Counted from the stretch's first letter, positions 38,833 to 49,027 are shown. The stretch is DNA of 64,000 nt from Chloroflexota bacterium (GCA_022824225.1 JAJEAH010000045.1:13110-77109); one strand, 5' to 3'. Numbers and translations are program-made. Notes: generated from the sequence alone by a model not told the origin.

Positions 38833-39108
38833 GTGGCCGTGAAGGATACACATAAGGCATTCGAACGTCTCACCGGCGCGGGCTGCAGCAAGGAGATGAC
38901 GGAAGCCTTGCTGGAAATCCTGGGTGAGTCGTGGGACGATCTCGTAACCAAAACGGACATTGCCAACATGGCTACCAAGGCCGATTTGCGCGAACTTGAG
39001 TCGCGCTTGGAACTGCGCCTCACGCTACGCTTCGGTGTAATGCTGGCGGCTGCCACCAGCGTGATGATCGCGGTGCTGCTGGTGCTGGAATTGTTGCCGG
39101 CGCAGTAG
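38833..39108 (+). CDS. DUF1640-family small coiled-coil membrane-anchored protein, GTG start
   Basis: MAVKDTHKAFERLTGAGCSKEMTEALLE...LATKADLRELE...C-terminal TM. GAGGAG Shine-Dalgarno. Confidence 0.6.
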   Translation: MAVKDTHKAFERLTGAGCSKEMTEALLEILGESWDDLVTKTDIANMATKADLRELESRLELRLTLRFGVMLAAATSVMIAVLLVLELLPAQ

Positions 39109-39287
39109 GATTGGGTGTTTGGCGAGACTCTTGCCGGTTCCATGACCGTGAGGGCTGCAAGCCGACAAGCGTAAATGGGTTCCCTATCTCTCTTTCGGCG
39201 TCTGGCCGAAAGAGGCACAGCTTAGCCGGAGAAACGAGAACGCGGGCTGCAGTGTGGTCTCACTAGAGCGGAGGGGGCAAGCGAACG

Positions 39288-39671
39288 GTGGCGGTGAAAG
39301 ACACACACAAAGCATTTGAGCGCCTGACGGACGCCGGTTACAGCAAGGAGATGGCGGAAGCCCTGCTGGAAACCCTGAGCGAGTCGTGGGATGCCTTGGC
39401 GACTAAGACGGAAATAGACGCGGTGCGGGGCGACATAAAGGCATCAGAAGTAGCCACCAAAGCGGAAATAGACGCAGTGAGGGGGGATGTAAAGACCTTA
39501 GAAGCCGCCACCAAAGTGGAAATAGACGCGGTGCGGGGCGACGTAAAAGACTTGGGAAAAGAGACTAAGGCAAACCTGCGTGAACTAGAACTTCGCATGC
39601 GTTTGCAGCTTTATGCGGTTGCCATTGTGGTGATTGGCGTCTTGGCGGCGCTGGAATTGATACCGCGCTAG
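39288..39671 (+). CDS. DUF1640-family paralog with three internal 13-aa (39-nt) tandem repeats
   Basis: Same N-terminus; repeat ATK[TAV]EIDAVRGD[IV]K x3. The identical Shine-Dalgarno and leader are duplicated. Confidence 0.6.
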   Translation: MAVKDTHKAFERLTDAGYSKEMAEALLETLSESWDALATKTEIDAVRGDIKASEVATKAEIDAVRGDVKTLEAATKVEIDAVRGDVKDLGKETKANLRELELRMRLQLYAVAIVVIGVLAALELIPR

Positions 39672-39924
39672 GTGCCAAAGGGTGAAGTATGCCCGCGATT
39701 GATGAGCGAGCCAGGATTGGGACCTTTGAAGACAGCGCGCGTTAGAGCGGAGGGATGGATTCCCGCGAAAGCGGGAATGACGGAACCCATCGTGCTGTTT
39801 TCATGGTAATGACGGGCCGGGATGATGCCTGCTCTAGAGCAATGGTGAACTGGTTCTTGAAAAGTCAACACAAACTAACACGAACGCCCGATTTCACGCA
39901 TTGAGTTCGATCAGGGAGCACACG

Positions 39925-40773
39925 ATGGGACAAGACTTGGAATTCATCAAGATGCACGGCACGGGCAACGACTTCGTCGTGGTGGATGCCCGCGCGAACG
40001 GCGAGCGGCCGTGGGCGGAGTTGGCGGAGAAGCTCTGTCACCGCAACTTTGGCGTTGGCAGCGACGGACTCCTCATCATCGATTCGGATGACCGTCAGGG
40101 CTACCAGTTCCGCATGTTCAATCCCGACGGCAGCGAAGCCGAAATGTGCGGCAACGGCATCCGCTGCTTTGCCAAGTATCTCTACGACACCGGCGAAATC
40201 GGCGAAGGGTGGTTGGAAGTGGCTACCCTCGCGGGAATGCTGAAAGTCAACGTGCATCCGGGCGACAACGACCACTTTGCCGTCTCCGTGGACATGGGCC
40301 CGCCGTTCTTGGCGCCGGCGGAGATTCCGGTGCAGGCAGACACTAACCCGGTCAAAGACATGCCGCTGAGCGTGAACGGCACGGAACTCGCCATCACGGC
40401 CGTTTCCATGGGCAACCCCCATGCCATAGCCTTTCTCGACGACATCGAATCCTTCCCGCTCACGACCATTGGCCCGGAGGTGGAGCACCACCCGGCGTTT
40501 CCGCAACGCACGAATTTCGAGATTGCCCGGGTTGTTGCGCGCGACCGGATCGAGATCAAGGTGTGGGAGCGCGGCGCAGGCCCCACGCTGGCCTGCGGCA
40601 CGGGCGCGTGCGCCACGGCGGTGGCCGCCCGCCTCCACGGTCTGACGGATGAGACGGTTACCGTCGGCCTGCCCGGTGGCGACCTGACGATTTCATGGAG
40701 TGGCGAAGGCCGCGTGCTCATGCGCGGCGCGGCGCAGACGGTCTTCTTTGGCACGTGGCCGCACGGAGGCTAG
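39925..40773 (+). CDS. dapF: Diaminopimelate epimerase
   Basis: FIKMHGTGNDFVVVD...EMCGNGIRCFA...LACGTGACA: both catalytic Cys motifs present. Confidence 0.85.
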   Translation: MGQDLEFIKMHGTGNDFVVVDARANGERPWAELAEKLCHRNFGVGSDGLLIIDSDDRQGYQFRMFNPDGSEAEMCGNGIRCFAKYLYDTGEIGEGWLEVATLAGMLKVNVHPGDNDHFAVSVDMGPPFLAPAEIPVQADTNPVKDMPLSVNGTELAITAVSMGNPHAIAFLDDIESFPLTTIGPEVEHHPAFPQRTNFEIARVVARDRIEIKVWERGAGPTLACGTGACATAVAARLHGLTDETVTVGLPGGDLTISWSGEGRVLMRGAAQTVFFGTWPHGG

Positions 40774-40775
40774 CG

Positions 40776-41111
40776 ATGTCTGACGGTACGAAGCGCACAC
40801 TGGTCATCATTCTGGCATTGGTGCTCGGTGTCGTGTCTATCGCTCCTTTCGGCCGCCTGAACCGCAGCGAGCGGGCCGGTGTGCTTGGCGCGCTTGTCAC
40901 TGCCATCGTCGGCGCTATTGCGTTTATGCGCCGCGAGCCGGAGGGGGAATTGCTGGGAATACCCTATAGTTTCAGCCCCCCAACCCTCGAACGAGTGAAG
41001 GGGCGGCTGTGGAATGCTGAAGACCCACGCGTGCTCACCCCACACATCTTTGGCTGGGGTTGGAGCATCAACTTCTGCCAGATCGGCAAGCGCCTCGGCC
41101 TTATCTCGTAG
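40776..41111 (+). CDS. Hypothetical small membrane protein
   Basis: ATG 2 nt after the dapF stop; two TM helices; HIFGWGWSINF. Confidence 0.4.
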   Translation: MSDGTKRTLVIILALVLGVVSIAPFGRLNRSERAGVLGALVTAIVGAIAFMRREPEGELLGIPYSFSPPTLERVKGRLWNAEDPRVLTPHIFGWGWSINFCQIGKRLGLIS

Positions 41112-41163
41112 GCTCTTTCCTCTACAATTCGGACAAACAACCTTGCCATATAGGTCATTGCGC

Positions 41164-43230
41164 ATGGGCACGCTGGTGGGCGTAGACATCGGCGGCACGT
41201 TTACCGACGTGGTCGTGCTCGATGAAACTCGCCGCGAATTGCGCATCGGCAAAGTCTCATCCACACCCGACGATCAGTCCACCGGTTTCATCGCCGCGCT
41301 GGACGAACTGGGCGTTGCCTACCCCGACATCGATCTCGTCACCCATGGCACCACCGTCGCCACCAATGCCGTTCTGGAGCGCGACGGCGGGCGCTGCGGT
41401 CTCATCGCCACCCGCGGCTTTCGCGACATCTTGGAGTTGCGCCGCCGCGACCGCCCCCACATGTACGGCCTTACCGGCTCATTCGAGCCGCTCATTCCCC
41501 GTGACCGCCGGTTGGAAGTCACCGAGCGCATCGCCGCCGAGGGCGCCGTGCTCACGCCTTTGAATGAAGAGGAGGTCTTGGCGGCCGGCCAACGCCTGGT
41601 GGCGCAGTGGGTGGAGGCCATCGTCGTCAGCTTCATGAATTCCTACGCGAATCCGGAACATGAACTGCGCGCTAAGGAGATTCTGCAGGCGGAATGGCCG
41701 CACCTCTACGTAGTCACGTCGAGCGAAACGCTGCCGGTCTTCCGCGAGTTCGAGCGCACGAGCACCGCGGTGGTAAACGCCTACGTCCAGCCGAACGTGG
41801 GGCAGTATGTCGAAATGCTGGAGCGCCGCCTGCGCGACCGGGGCTATGCCAGCGAACTCTTCATTATGCAGTCCAACGGCGGCATGATGTCCGCCGCCAC
41901 TGTGCGCGATTTGCCCTTGAACACGGTGCTGTCGGGTCCCGCGGCCGGCGTCATCGCCGCCACTCGCATCGGCGCGGAAGAGGGCTTCCCTAATCTGATT
42001 ACGTACGACATGGGCGGGACGAGCCTTGACGTCTCGTTGGTGCAGAACGGCAAGCCGCTGCCGTCCAGCGGGATGGACTTGGAATTCGGCATCCCGCTTA
42101 TGGTCTCCATGATCGACATTCATACTATCGGCGCGGGGGGCGGCAGCATTGCCCAGATCGACCAGGGCGGGTTGCTGCAAGTGGGGCCGCAAAGCGCCGG
42201 CGCTGAACCCGGCCCCGTGGGCTACGGCAAGGGCGGCGCCGCGCCTACGCTTACGGACGCGAATCTGGTCCTGGGCAGAATCAATCCCCACTACCCCATC
42301 GCCGGCGTGGCGGGCGCGTCGTTCGACGTAGAGGGCGCACGCTCAGCCATCGCGGAGGCCGTGGGCAAACCGCTGTGCCTCGACCCCGAACAGGCGGCGC
42401 ACGCCATCGTGACGGTTGCCAACAACCGCATTGCCGGCAGCTTACGCCGAGTCTCCATCGACAAGGGCCACGATCCCAGAGACTTTGCGCTATTCTCGTT
42501 TGGCGGCAGCGGGCCGTTGCACGTCGGCTATTTGCTGCACGAGTTGGGCATCGGCCGGGGCATTGTGCCGTATTATCCGGGCATCGCCTCCGCGTGGGGC
42601 TGCGTAATCGCCGACCGGCAGCACGATTTCGTTACGATGCAGAACTGCCTGCTCAGTGAACTCGACCTTGCCGTCGTGGAGCAAACCTTCGCCGACCATC
42701 TGGCGGCGGGCCAATCAATGCTCGCGGGCGAAAACGTGCCCCTGGAGCGCGTCAGCGTCGTGCGGGAAGCCGACATTTCGTATGAGGGACAGACTCACGT
42801 CATCCGGACTCCTCTACCGGCGGGCAAACTCAACCATGACACCATCGCCGCCAGCTTTCGGCAGGCCTACTTGCGGCACTACGGCCGCGTGGATGCAGGC
42901 TTCGGTGGCTTGGAGGAACTGCTAGCCCAGATCCCAATGCGGCTGCTCAATCTGCGTACCGCCGTAATCGGCGTGCGGGCCGATGTGAAGTTGAAAGACT
43001 ATGTGTCCGCGCCGCCGACGACGTTTGCGGACGCCCGCAAGGGGAATCGGCCCGTGTACGTGGACGAAGGCTGGCGCAATTGCCCGGTCTATGACCGCGC
43101 CAAACTGCCGTGGGACGCGGCGCTGTCCGGTCCGGCCCTCATCGAGCAGCCGGATACGACAATATGGCTGGAACCGTGGTGCCGCGCTACCGTGGCCGCG
43201 GGCGGTAGCTTGCTAATCGAGGTGACGTGA
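41164..43230 (+). CDS. hyuA: Hydantoinase/oxoprolinase family protein, subunit A (N-methylhydantoinase A-like)
   Basis: LVGVDIGGTFTDVVVLDE N-terminus, ...GIATRGFRDILELRR; ~690 aa. Confidence 0.85.
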   Translation: MGTLVGVDIGGTFTDVVVLDETRRELRIGKVSSTPDDQSTGFIAALDELGVAYPDIDLVTHGTTVATNAVLERDGGRCGLIATRGFRDILELRRRDRPHMYGLTGSFEPLIPRDRRLEVTERIAAEGAVLTPLNEEEVLAAGQRLVAQWVEAIVVSFMNSYANPEHELRAKEILQAEWPHLYVVTSSETLPVFREFERTSTAVVNAYVQPNVGQYVEMLERRLRDRGYASELFIMQSNGGMMSAATVRDLPLNTVLSGPAAGVIAATRIGAEEGFPNLITYDMGGTSLDVSLVQNGKPLPSSGMDLEFGIPLMVSMIDIHTIGAGGGSIAQIDQGGLLQVGPQSAGAEPGPVGYGKGGAAPTLTDANLVLGRINPHYPIAGVAGASFDVEGARSAIAEAVGKPLCLDPEQAAHAIVTVANNRIAGSLRRVSIDKGHDPRDFALFSFGGSGPLHVGYLLHELGIGRGIVPYYPGIASAWGCVIADRQHDFVTMQNCLLSELDLAVVEQTFADHLAAGQSMLAGENVPLERVSVVREADISYEGQTHVIRTPLPAGKLNHDTIAASFRQAYLRHYGRVDAGFGGLEELLAQIPMRLLNLRTAVIGVRADVKLKDYVSAPPTTFADARKGNRPVYVDEGWRNCPVYDRAKLPWDAALSGPALIEQPDTTIWLEPWCRATVAAGGSLLIEVT

Positions 43231-43231
43231 C

Positions 43232-44977
43232 GTGCCCCTTGACCCCATCACCTTGGCCGTAATCCGCGGCGGCCTGGAACAGATTGCCGACGAAATGGAC
43301 GCCACCCTGGAGCGGATGGCGTTCTCGCCCGTGATTTCGGACGGTTTCGACCGCGCCAGCGGCATCTACCACGTGCGCGACGGCGAGGTCATCATGCAAG
43401 GCCCCCGGGGCTTGCCGAACTTCATCTGCGTGATGGAGTTTACCGTACGCTCCGTCATCGAGCGGGTTGAGGACATGGCGGACGGCGACGTCTACATCGT
43501 GAACGATCCCTATCTGGGCGGCACCCATCTCATGGACGTCAAGATGGTGAAGCCGTTCTTCTACAAAGGGAAACTCACGGCGTTTCTGGCCAACAGCGGC
43601 CACTGGCCGGACATCGGCGGGCGGGTGCCTGGCGGCTTTTCGACCCGCGCGACGGAGATCTATCAGGAGGGTTTGCGCCTGCCGCCGGTGCGCATCATGG
43701 ACCAAGGCACGCTCAACCAGGACGTGCTCGACATAATTCTCCAGAACGTGCGCGTATCAGCCGAGCGCCAGGGCGACATAATCGCGAAGATCACGGCGCT
43801 CAACCTCGGCGCCGACCGTCTTACCAAGCTCCTCGACCGCTACGGTGAGGCAACCGTTTTCGAGGCTGTGGACGAGATGAAAGCGCGTTCCGAGCGGCTC
43901 ATGCGCGGCCACATCGAGACCATCCCCGACGGCACGTATGAGTTTACGGACCACATCGACAGCGACGGTGTGGAGTGGGAGCCGCTGGCCCTGCGCCTGA
44001 AACTGACCGTGAGCGGCAGCGACGTGCACGTGGATTTCTCGGAGAGCAGCCCGCCGTGCCGGGGGCCGCTCAATAGCGTCTTCAGCACCACGCTCGCCGG
44101 GGTGTTCATCACGTTCAAGCACATCTTTCCCGACGTGCCCATCAACGCGGGGTGCTTTGCGCCGATTTCGGTAGATATTCCCACTACGACGTTTCTCCAC
44201 GCGCAGCCGCCGCGGCCGGTGGCGGGTTGTGCGGCGGAGGTCTGTCAGCGCGTGATCGACGTCATGCTGGGGGCATTGAGCCAGGCGATACCGGAGCGGG
44301 CCTACGCCGCGCCCATGGGCACGGTGACGAACCTCTCGGTCGGCGGCGAGAATCCGGGACGCGGCTACTACGTTTTCTATTCCTTCATCGGCGGCGGCTA
44401 CGGCGGCAACTATCTCACGGACGGACTCATCAACGGCAATCCCACCATCGCCGTCGCCCGCACCCAGGCGCTGGAAATTTTCGAGTTCCGCTACCCGGTG
44501 CTCTTCAACCGCTACGCAATTCGCGAAGGCTCGGGCGGCGCGGGCGAGCGGCGGGGCGGCTACGGCGTGATCTTCGAATTCCAGATTCGCGACGGCGACG
44601 CCAGCGCGTCGCTGCTGGGCGAGCGCGGACGCTTTGCGCCGTTCGGCATTCTTGGCGGCACGTCCGCTGAGATGGCGGAGCATGTCTTTACCCTGAATGG
44701 CGAAGAGTACCGGCCGGAACACATCACCAAAGACGAAAACGTGCACATGCGGCCGGGAGACGTGCTCAGCTTGAGAACGCCGGGCGGCGGCGGCTACGGC
44801 GAGCCGTTCGAGCGGTCGCCGGCGCTGGTGCTCCAAGACGTGCGGCGCGGCTACTACGATCGCCAGACTGCCATGCGGGACTATGGTGTGCGGATTCAAC
44901 CGGATGCGTGGGTTGTGGATGAGAAGTCTACCCGCATGCTGCGCGCCAATCGTCGCGCTGCCGATACGATGGATTGA
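43232..44977 (+). CDS. hyuB: Hydantoinase B/oxoprolinase family protein, subunit B (GTG start)
   Basis: DPITLAVIRGGLEQIADEMD...VNDPYLGGTHLMD matches Hydantoinase_B; directly abuts hyuA. Confidence 0.85.
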   Translation: MPLDPITLAVIRGGLEQIADEMDATLERMAFSPVISDGFDRASGIYHVRDGEVIMQGPRGLPNFICVMEFTVRSVIERVEDMADGDVYIVNDPYLGGTHLMDVKMVKPFFYKGKLTAFLANSGHWPDIGGRVPGGFSTRATEIYQEGLRLPPVRIMDQGTLNQDVLDIILQNVRVSAERQGDIIAKITALNLGADRLTKLLDRYGEATVFEAVDEMKARSERLMRGHIETIPDGTYEFTDHIDSDGVEWEPLALRLKLTVSGSDVHVDFSESSPPCRGPLNSVFSTTLAGVFITFKHIFPDVPINAGCFAPISVDIPTTTFLHAQPPRPVAGCAAEVCQRVIDVMLGALSQAIPERAYAAPMGTVTNLSVGGENPGRGYYVFYSFIGGGYGGNYLTDGLINGNPTIAVARTQALEIFEFRYPVLFNRYAIREGSGGAGERRGGYGVIFEFQIRDGDASASLLGERGRFAPFGILGGTSAEMAEHVFTLNGEEYRPEHITKDENVHMRPGDVLSLRTPGGGGYGEPFERSPALVLQDVRRGYYDRQTAMRDYGVRIQPDAWVVDEKSTRMLRANRRAADTMD

Positions 44978-45255
44978 CTTTGCTCCCACTTGCTCACGTG
45001 CAGTGCGCGGTGGATGGGAAGACGGAGTTTAGCGGAGCCCAGCAGGCGTAGTGGCTAACTCTTGAAGTGTGCCGGCGGGCGCGGCGGCCGGTACCATGCC
45101 GCGGGTGCCGTACAGTCTTGCTGGCCTGCCGGACGTACCTCGTCGTAGTCTTTCCCGCCCGGTGTGTAGCAGGGCGCACGGCGTTTCGCTAGAGTGTAGG
45201 TAGGCCACGGCGGTCATGTACCGGTGGCGACGGTGTTGTTGGGGAGTCCTGAGGA

Positions 45256-45756
45256 ATGCGTGCGGTGAGCATGTTGCGCAAGGCGGCTCTCGTTTGCCTC
45301 CTGGCTGCTGCTTTGATCGGCTGCGGCGACTCTACCGAAAACGAGGAAGCGACCGTGCTGCCGGAGAATTCGCCGGCCGCGGCGGATGCCGCTGCCGCGG
45401 CCTCGCCGGAGGCTGGCCCGACGGCAGCGGCCACGCCAACGTCCCCGCCGGCCGCCGACGCGGCGCCAAGCGCGTCCCCGTCACCTGACGCTGCCGCCCA
45501 GACTGCTGCCGAGGAAGTTCCCGTGGAGCCCACTCCGGCGCCGCCGACCCAGACCCAGAGCATCATATTCTACGACCTCACGAAACTCGAGAGCACGTGT
45601 CCCGGCTATCAGGAACTTACCGGCTTCCGCCAGACCGTTTCGCAGGTCAAGATTACGTGCACGGGTCCCGGTGTGGAAACGGTGTATTTTGTGGACTTGG
45701 ATAACTTCGTGGTGACCGGCATTCGCGTGCCGCTGCTGGACCCGGAGATACCGTAA
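45256..45756 (+). CDS. Small lipoprotein, paralog 1 of a tandem triplet (conserved two-Cys C-terminal domain)
   Basis: Lipobox LIGCG, P/A/T-rich linker, then IIFYDLTKLESTCPGYQE...VKITCTGPGVETVYFVDL. Confidence 0.6.
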   Translation: MRAVSMLRKAALVCLLAAALIGCGDSTENEEATVLPENSPAAADAAAAASPEAGPTAAATPTSPPAADAAPSASPSPDAAAQTAAEEVPVEPTPAPPTQTQSIIFYDLTKLESTCPGYQELTGFRQTVSQVKITCTGPGVETVYFVDLDNFVVTGIRVPLLDPEIP

Positions 45757-45806
45757 GCCATGCGCCATGTCCGGCGGAGGCGCGGCCGGCCAAGCGATAG
45801 TCCGGG

Positions 45807-46217
45807 ATGTGTGACGTGAAGCGGTCAGCCGTACTCATTCTGGCACTTATTCTGGCGGCGCTCAGCGGCTGCGGCGGCGGGGATGAGCCGGTGGCGGCGG
45901 CAACGCCTGTGCCCGCGCCGACCGCGGCCCCCCAACCCCAACCCACGCCGACGCCTGCCCTCGCCCTCATGCTGCGCCGGGAAGGAATTATCTTGCACGA
46001 CCTCACACAGAGCGAGGAAGTGTGTCCCGGGTTCCTGGAGACGCTCGCGCCGCCGGATATTTCACCGGAGCAACTCTCCGACGGACCCGTGGAAGTCGTG
46101 CGCCAGGTGCGCTTGGTGTGCACCAACGGCGAGAAGGGCACCGTCTACTTCGTGAACCTGAGCGACCAGACCATAACCGTTACGCGCAAGCCTCCGCCCG
46201 TGCCCGGGATGCCCTAA
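45807..46217 (+). CDS. Small lipoprotein, paralog 2
   Basis: Lipobox LSGCG; IILHDLTQSEEVCPGFLE...VRLVCTNGEKGTVYFVNL. Confidence 0.6.
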   Translation: MCDVKRSAVLILALILAALSGCGGGDEPVAAATPVPAPTAAPQPQPTPTPALALMLRREGIILHDLTQSEEVCPGFLETLAPPDISPEQLSDGPVEVVRQVRLVCTNGEKGTVYFVNLSDQTITVTRKPPPVPGMP

Positions 46218-46220
46218 GCC

Positions 46221-46583
46221 ATGGACGTGCGTTGCCGTCAGGCGCTCGTGTTGCTCGGCATGTGTTTGGTAGTGGCCGGCTGCCGTAGCGCGCCGCCGGC
46301 GCCCACTCCCACGCCGACCCCAACGGTGACGGCGCCGCCAACGGCCCAGCCCGCCACGGCGCAGCCGACCTGGCCAGACGGCGTGCTCTTCTACGAGCTG
46401 GAGGAGCCGGAACAGGCCTGCCTCGGCTACCAGGAGTTCCAGTCGTTCAACGACTCCGTCACCCAGATCAAGATCATCTGCACGCAGGAAGGCGTGGAAA
46501 CCGTCTACTTCATCGACACGGAGAAGCAGACGGTTACCGTGGTGCGCATTCCCATTCCTCTAACAAACAAGCCGCAAGAGTAG
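46221..46583 (+). CDS. Small lipoprotein, paralog 3
   Basis: Lipobox VAGC; VLFYELEEPEQACLGYQE...IKIICTQEGVETVYFIDT. The conserved junction sequence ccSTAAGCCATG is shared with the upstream paralog. Confidence 0.6.
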   Translation: MDVRCRQALVLLGMCLVVAGCRSAPPAPTPTPTPTVTAPPTAQPATAQPTWPDGVLFYELEEPEQACLGYQEFQSFNDSVTQIKIICTQEGVETVYFIDTEKQTVTVVRIPIPLTNKPQE

Positions 46584-46839
46584 GGCTGGTCGTGGGTTTG
46601 GGAAGAGTGGCCCACACGGCATATGAATACCAGAAGGCTTGCTATGCGCGTGGGCGCAGGTTGCAGACCTGCACTACCGGAAGAGGGATGTTCAATTTGC
46701 TGCGTATTCTCCTGCGACAGTAGTTGGTGAAACATCGTTGCTTCATAGAAGCAGTGGAGAGCGGCTTCAAGGGTGGAAGGTACCCTGGCTTACCGCAACA
46801 TGCTTTTCTCGGAATGCACATGCCATTGCGGGAGCTCAA

Positions 46840-47469
46840 ACAATGACTAATGACGTATTGGCTCTCTATCGAAGGTATTTCGTGGATACAGGCTATGAAC
46901 GGCTGGGGTTGTTTACGCTCATGGCTGAGCGCTTTGCCGGCCGGCGCGCGCTCTACCCCGGCAGTTTTACTCACGTAACGCCGGCGTTCGTCTATCCGCT
47001 CACGTGTTTTGTGGATACGGATCGCCGCGCCGCGCGCTTCTTTGCGGACCCGGCCGTGCACGACTACGTGAACCGACGGAAGGCCTATCCGGAGGAGCCA
47101 AGCATTCGCTTTCATCGGGCTGACTATACGCAAGGGTTTCCGGAGGTTGAGGAGAGCTTCGATCTGCTGATTTCGCAGTATGCGGGGTTCGTCTCGCAGC
47201 ACTGCAAGCGGTATCTGAAGCGTGATGGCGTACTCGTGGTGAACAACAGCCACGGCGACGCCAGCATGGCGTGGCTCGATCCGGAATACGCGCTCGTAGC
47301 CGCGATCAATCGCCGCGGCGAGCGGTTCAACTTGGTGGAGCGGGACCTCGCGTCCTACTTCGTGCCCAAGCGAGACATCGCGGTCACCCGGGAGTACATT
47401 GAGCGGACGCGGCGTGGGGTGGCGTACACGCGGCGCGCCAACGCCTTCGTATTCGAGCGAATTGGCTAG
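46840..47469 (+). CDS. Hypothetical protein, possibly a divergent SAM-methyltransferase-like fold
   Basis: ORF with plausible internal start MTNDVLALYRRYF; weak similarity to methyltransferase motifs (FDLLISQYAGF, DGVLVVNN). Family uncertain. Confidence 0.4.
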   Translation, partial: TMTNDVLALYRRYFVDTGYERLGLFTLMAERFAGRRALYPGSFTHVTPAFVYPLTCFVDTDRRAARFFADPAVHDYVNRRKAYPEEPSIRFHRADYTQGFPEVEESFDLLISQYAGFVSQHCKRYLKRDGVLVVNNSHGDASMAWLDPEYALVAAINRRGERFNLVERDLASYFVPKRDIAVTREYIERTRRGVAYTRRANAFVFERIG

Positions 47470-47543
47470 GTTGTGTTGACATTTTGTCGTCATTCGCGCG
47501 CAAGCGGGAATCCATCCCTCCGCACTAACGCGCGCTAACCCAA

Positions 47544-47640
47544 GCGGGATACAAGCCCCCGCGCTACGCTTTAGATTCCGCGACTTTGACGAAGTCAGCG
47601 AACTCTGTTCGACGCCGCGCTCGGAATGCCATGAGATCTC
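47544..47640. repeat. REP type C (gcgggatacaagcccccgcgctac) plus a second copy of the ~70-bp ggaatgac-family element
   Basis: Matches 37237-37310 at ~85% identity. Confidence 0.6.
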
Positions 47641-47821
47641 AGCACTGCCAAGTTCGATGCGTTGCTGCACCGGCGCAAGTCTCCGGCGCGGAGCGCAGAC
47701 AATGGCTCGGGAAGCCACTCCGGCGCGTGTATAGGGCGGGGCCTCGTGCTTGGCCGACGCGCCAATTACGGCGGGGCCTGGCGCGGAGCGAACGGTCCGA
47801 AAGTTTGCCGCTGTGAGCGTT

Positions 47822-49027
47822 CTACAGGAAGAGATTAGGCGTAGGCGCGGCGGGCGCGCTGTTCCAGACCTTGCGCACGCGGTGGTTGAAGCTGTCGGCA
47901 ATGTAGAGATTGCCCGCAATGTCCACGGCCACGCCCAGGGGATAGTGCAGCGCGGCCTGGCCGGCCGGCCACCCGTCGCCGCTGAACCCAAAGAGATCGC
48001 CCCCGGCCACCGTATCGATGGTGCCCGAAGGTGAGACTTGGCGCACGCGGTGGTTGAAGCTGTCGGCAATGTAGACGTTCCCCAGAGCGTCCACGGCAAC
48101 CCCGTACGGCGCGCGCAACGAGGCGGTGACGGCGTCGCCGCGATCGCCATTGAAGCCGGAACTGCCGTTGCCGGCAACGGTTGTGATCCGGCCGTCGTCG
48201 GCCACCATGCGTATGCGCCGGTTTTCGCGATCGACGATGTAGAGCGTGCCGTCGGCGGACACGGCCACGCCCCGGGGACTATTCAAGCGCGCGAGCGTGG
48301 CGGGGCCGCCGTCGCCGCTGAAGCCGGGCGCCCCCGCGCCCGCCACGGTAGTAATCGCGCCGTCCGCCGCCAGTTTGCGCACGCGGTGATTGCGGGTGTC
48401 GGCAATGTACACCGCGCCGTCTGGGGCAATGGCGATGCCGGTGGGATAGGCGAGTTGGGCGTCTGTGGCGGGGCCGCCGTCACCGCCGAAACCGGCTTCG
48501 CCGGTGCCGGCGATGGTGCTGATAGTCCCGTCGGCGGCTACGGTCCGGATGCGGTGATTGTAGGTGTCGGCAATGTACAGCACCCCGTCGGCGGACAGCG
48601 CCACGCCCAGCGGCGTGCGCAGGCGGGCGTCTGTGGCGGGGCCGCCGTCGCCGTCAGCGCCGGCCTCACCCGTTCCGGCTAGCGTGGTGATGACCCCGTC
48701 CGGGGCTACGCGGCGGATACGGTGATTGAAGGCATCGGCAATATAGACGTTGCCCACGGTGTCAACGGCCACGTCGGCAGGTGCGTTGAGCGTTGCCGCG
48801 GCGGCCTGACCGCCATCACCGCCGCTGGTCGCGAAGCCGTTGCCTGCAAACGTGGTGATGACGCTGCTGCGCGTGACCGCGGACTGGGGCACGAGCTGCG
48901 GCGGCGGTGCCGCCCGGGCCGCCGGGAGCCCCGACAACAGCGCGACGACAGCTACACAGAGCAGTGCAAGACTCGTCCGAGCGCGCTTGCCGGGCTTGTC
49001 AAGCGGGAGATGAGTTTGACGCAGCAT
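47822..49027 (-). CDS. Secreted NHL-repeat beta-propeller protein
   Basis: Signal peptide MLRQTHLPLDKPGKRARTSLALLCVAVVALLSGLPAARA; at least six repeats of the GxxGxxGDGGPAxxAxLxxPxGVAVDxxGNxYIADxxNHRIR type. The upstream part of ORF 47822..49903 is a G/A/V-rich shadow of the opposite-strand gene. Confidence 0.75.
   Translation of the reverse strand: MLRQTHLPLDKPGKRARTSLALLCVAVVALLSGLPAARAAPPPQLVPQSAVTRSSVITTFAGNGFATSGGDGGQAAAATLNAPADVAVDTVGNVYIADAFNHRIRRVAPDGVITTLAGTGEAGADGDGGPATDARLRTPLGVALSADGVLYIADTYNHRIRTVAADGTISTIAGTGEAGFGGDGGPATDAQLAYPTGIAIAPDGAVYIADTRNHRVRKLAADGAITTVAGAGAPGFSGDGGPATLARLNSPRGVAVSADGTLYIVDRENRRIRMVADDGRITTVAGNGSSGFNGDRGDAVTASLRAPYGVAVDALGNVYIADSFNHRVRQVSPSGTIDTVAGGDLFGFSGDGWPAGQAALHYPLGVAVDIAGNLYIADSFNHRVRKVWNSAPAAPTPNLFL

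Noticed and set aside
44978-45255. Candidate ncRNA in the 280-bp gap after hyuB
   Set aside because: No recognisable SRP, 6S or RNase P signature, and no convincing conserved stem set.
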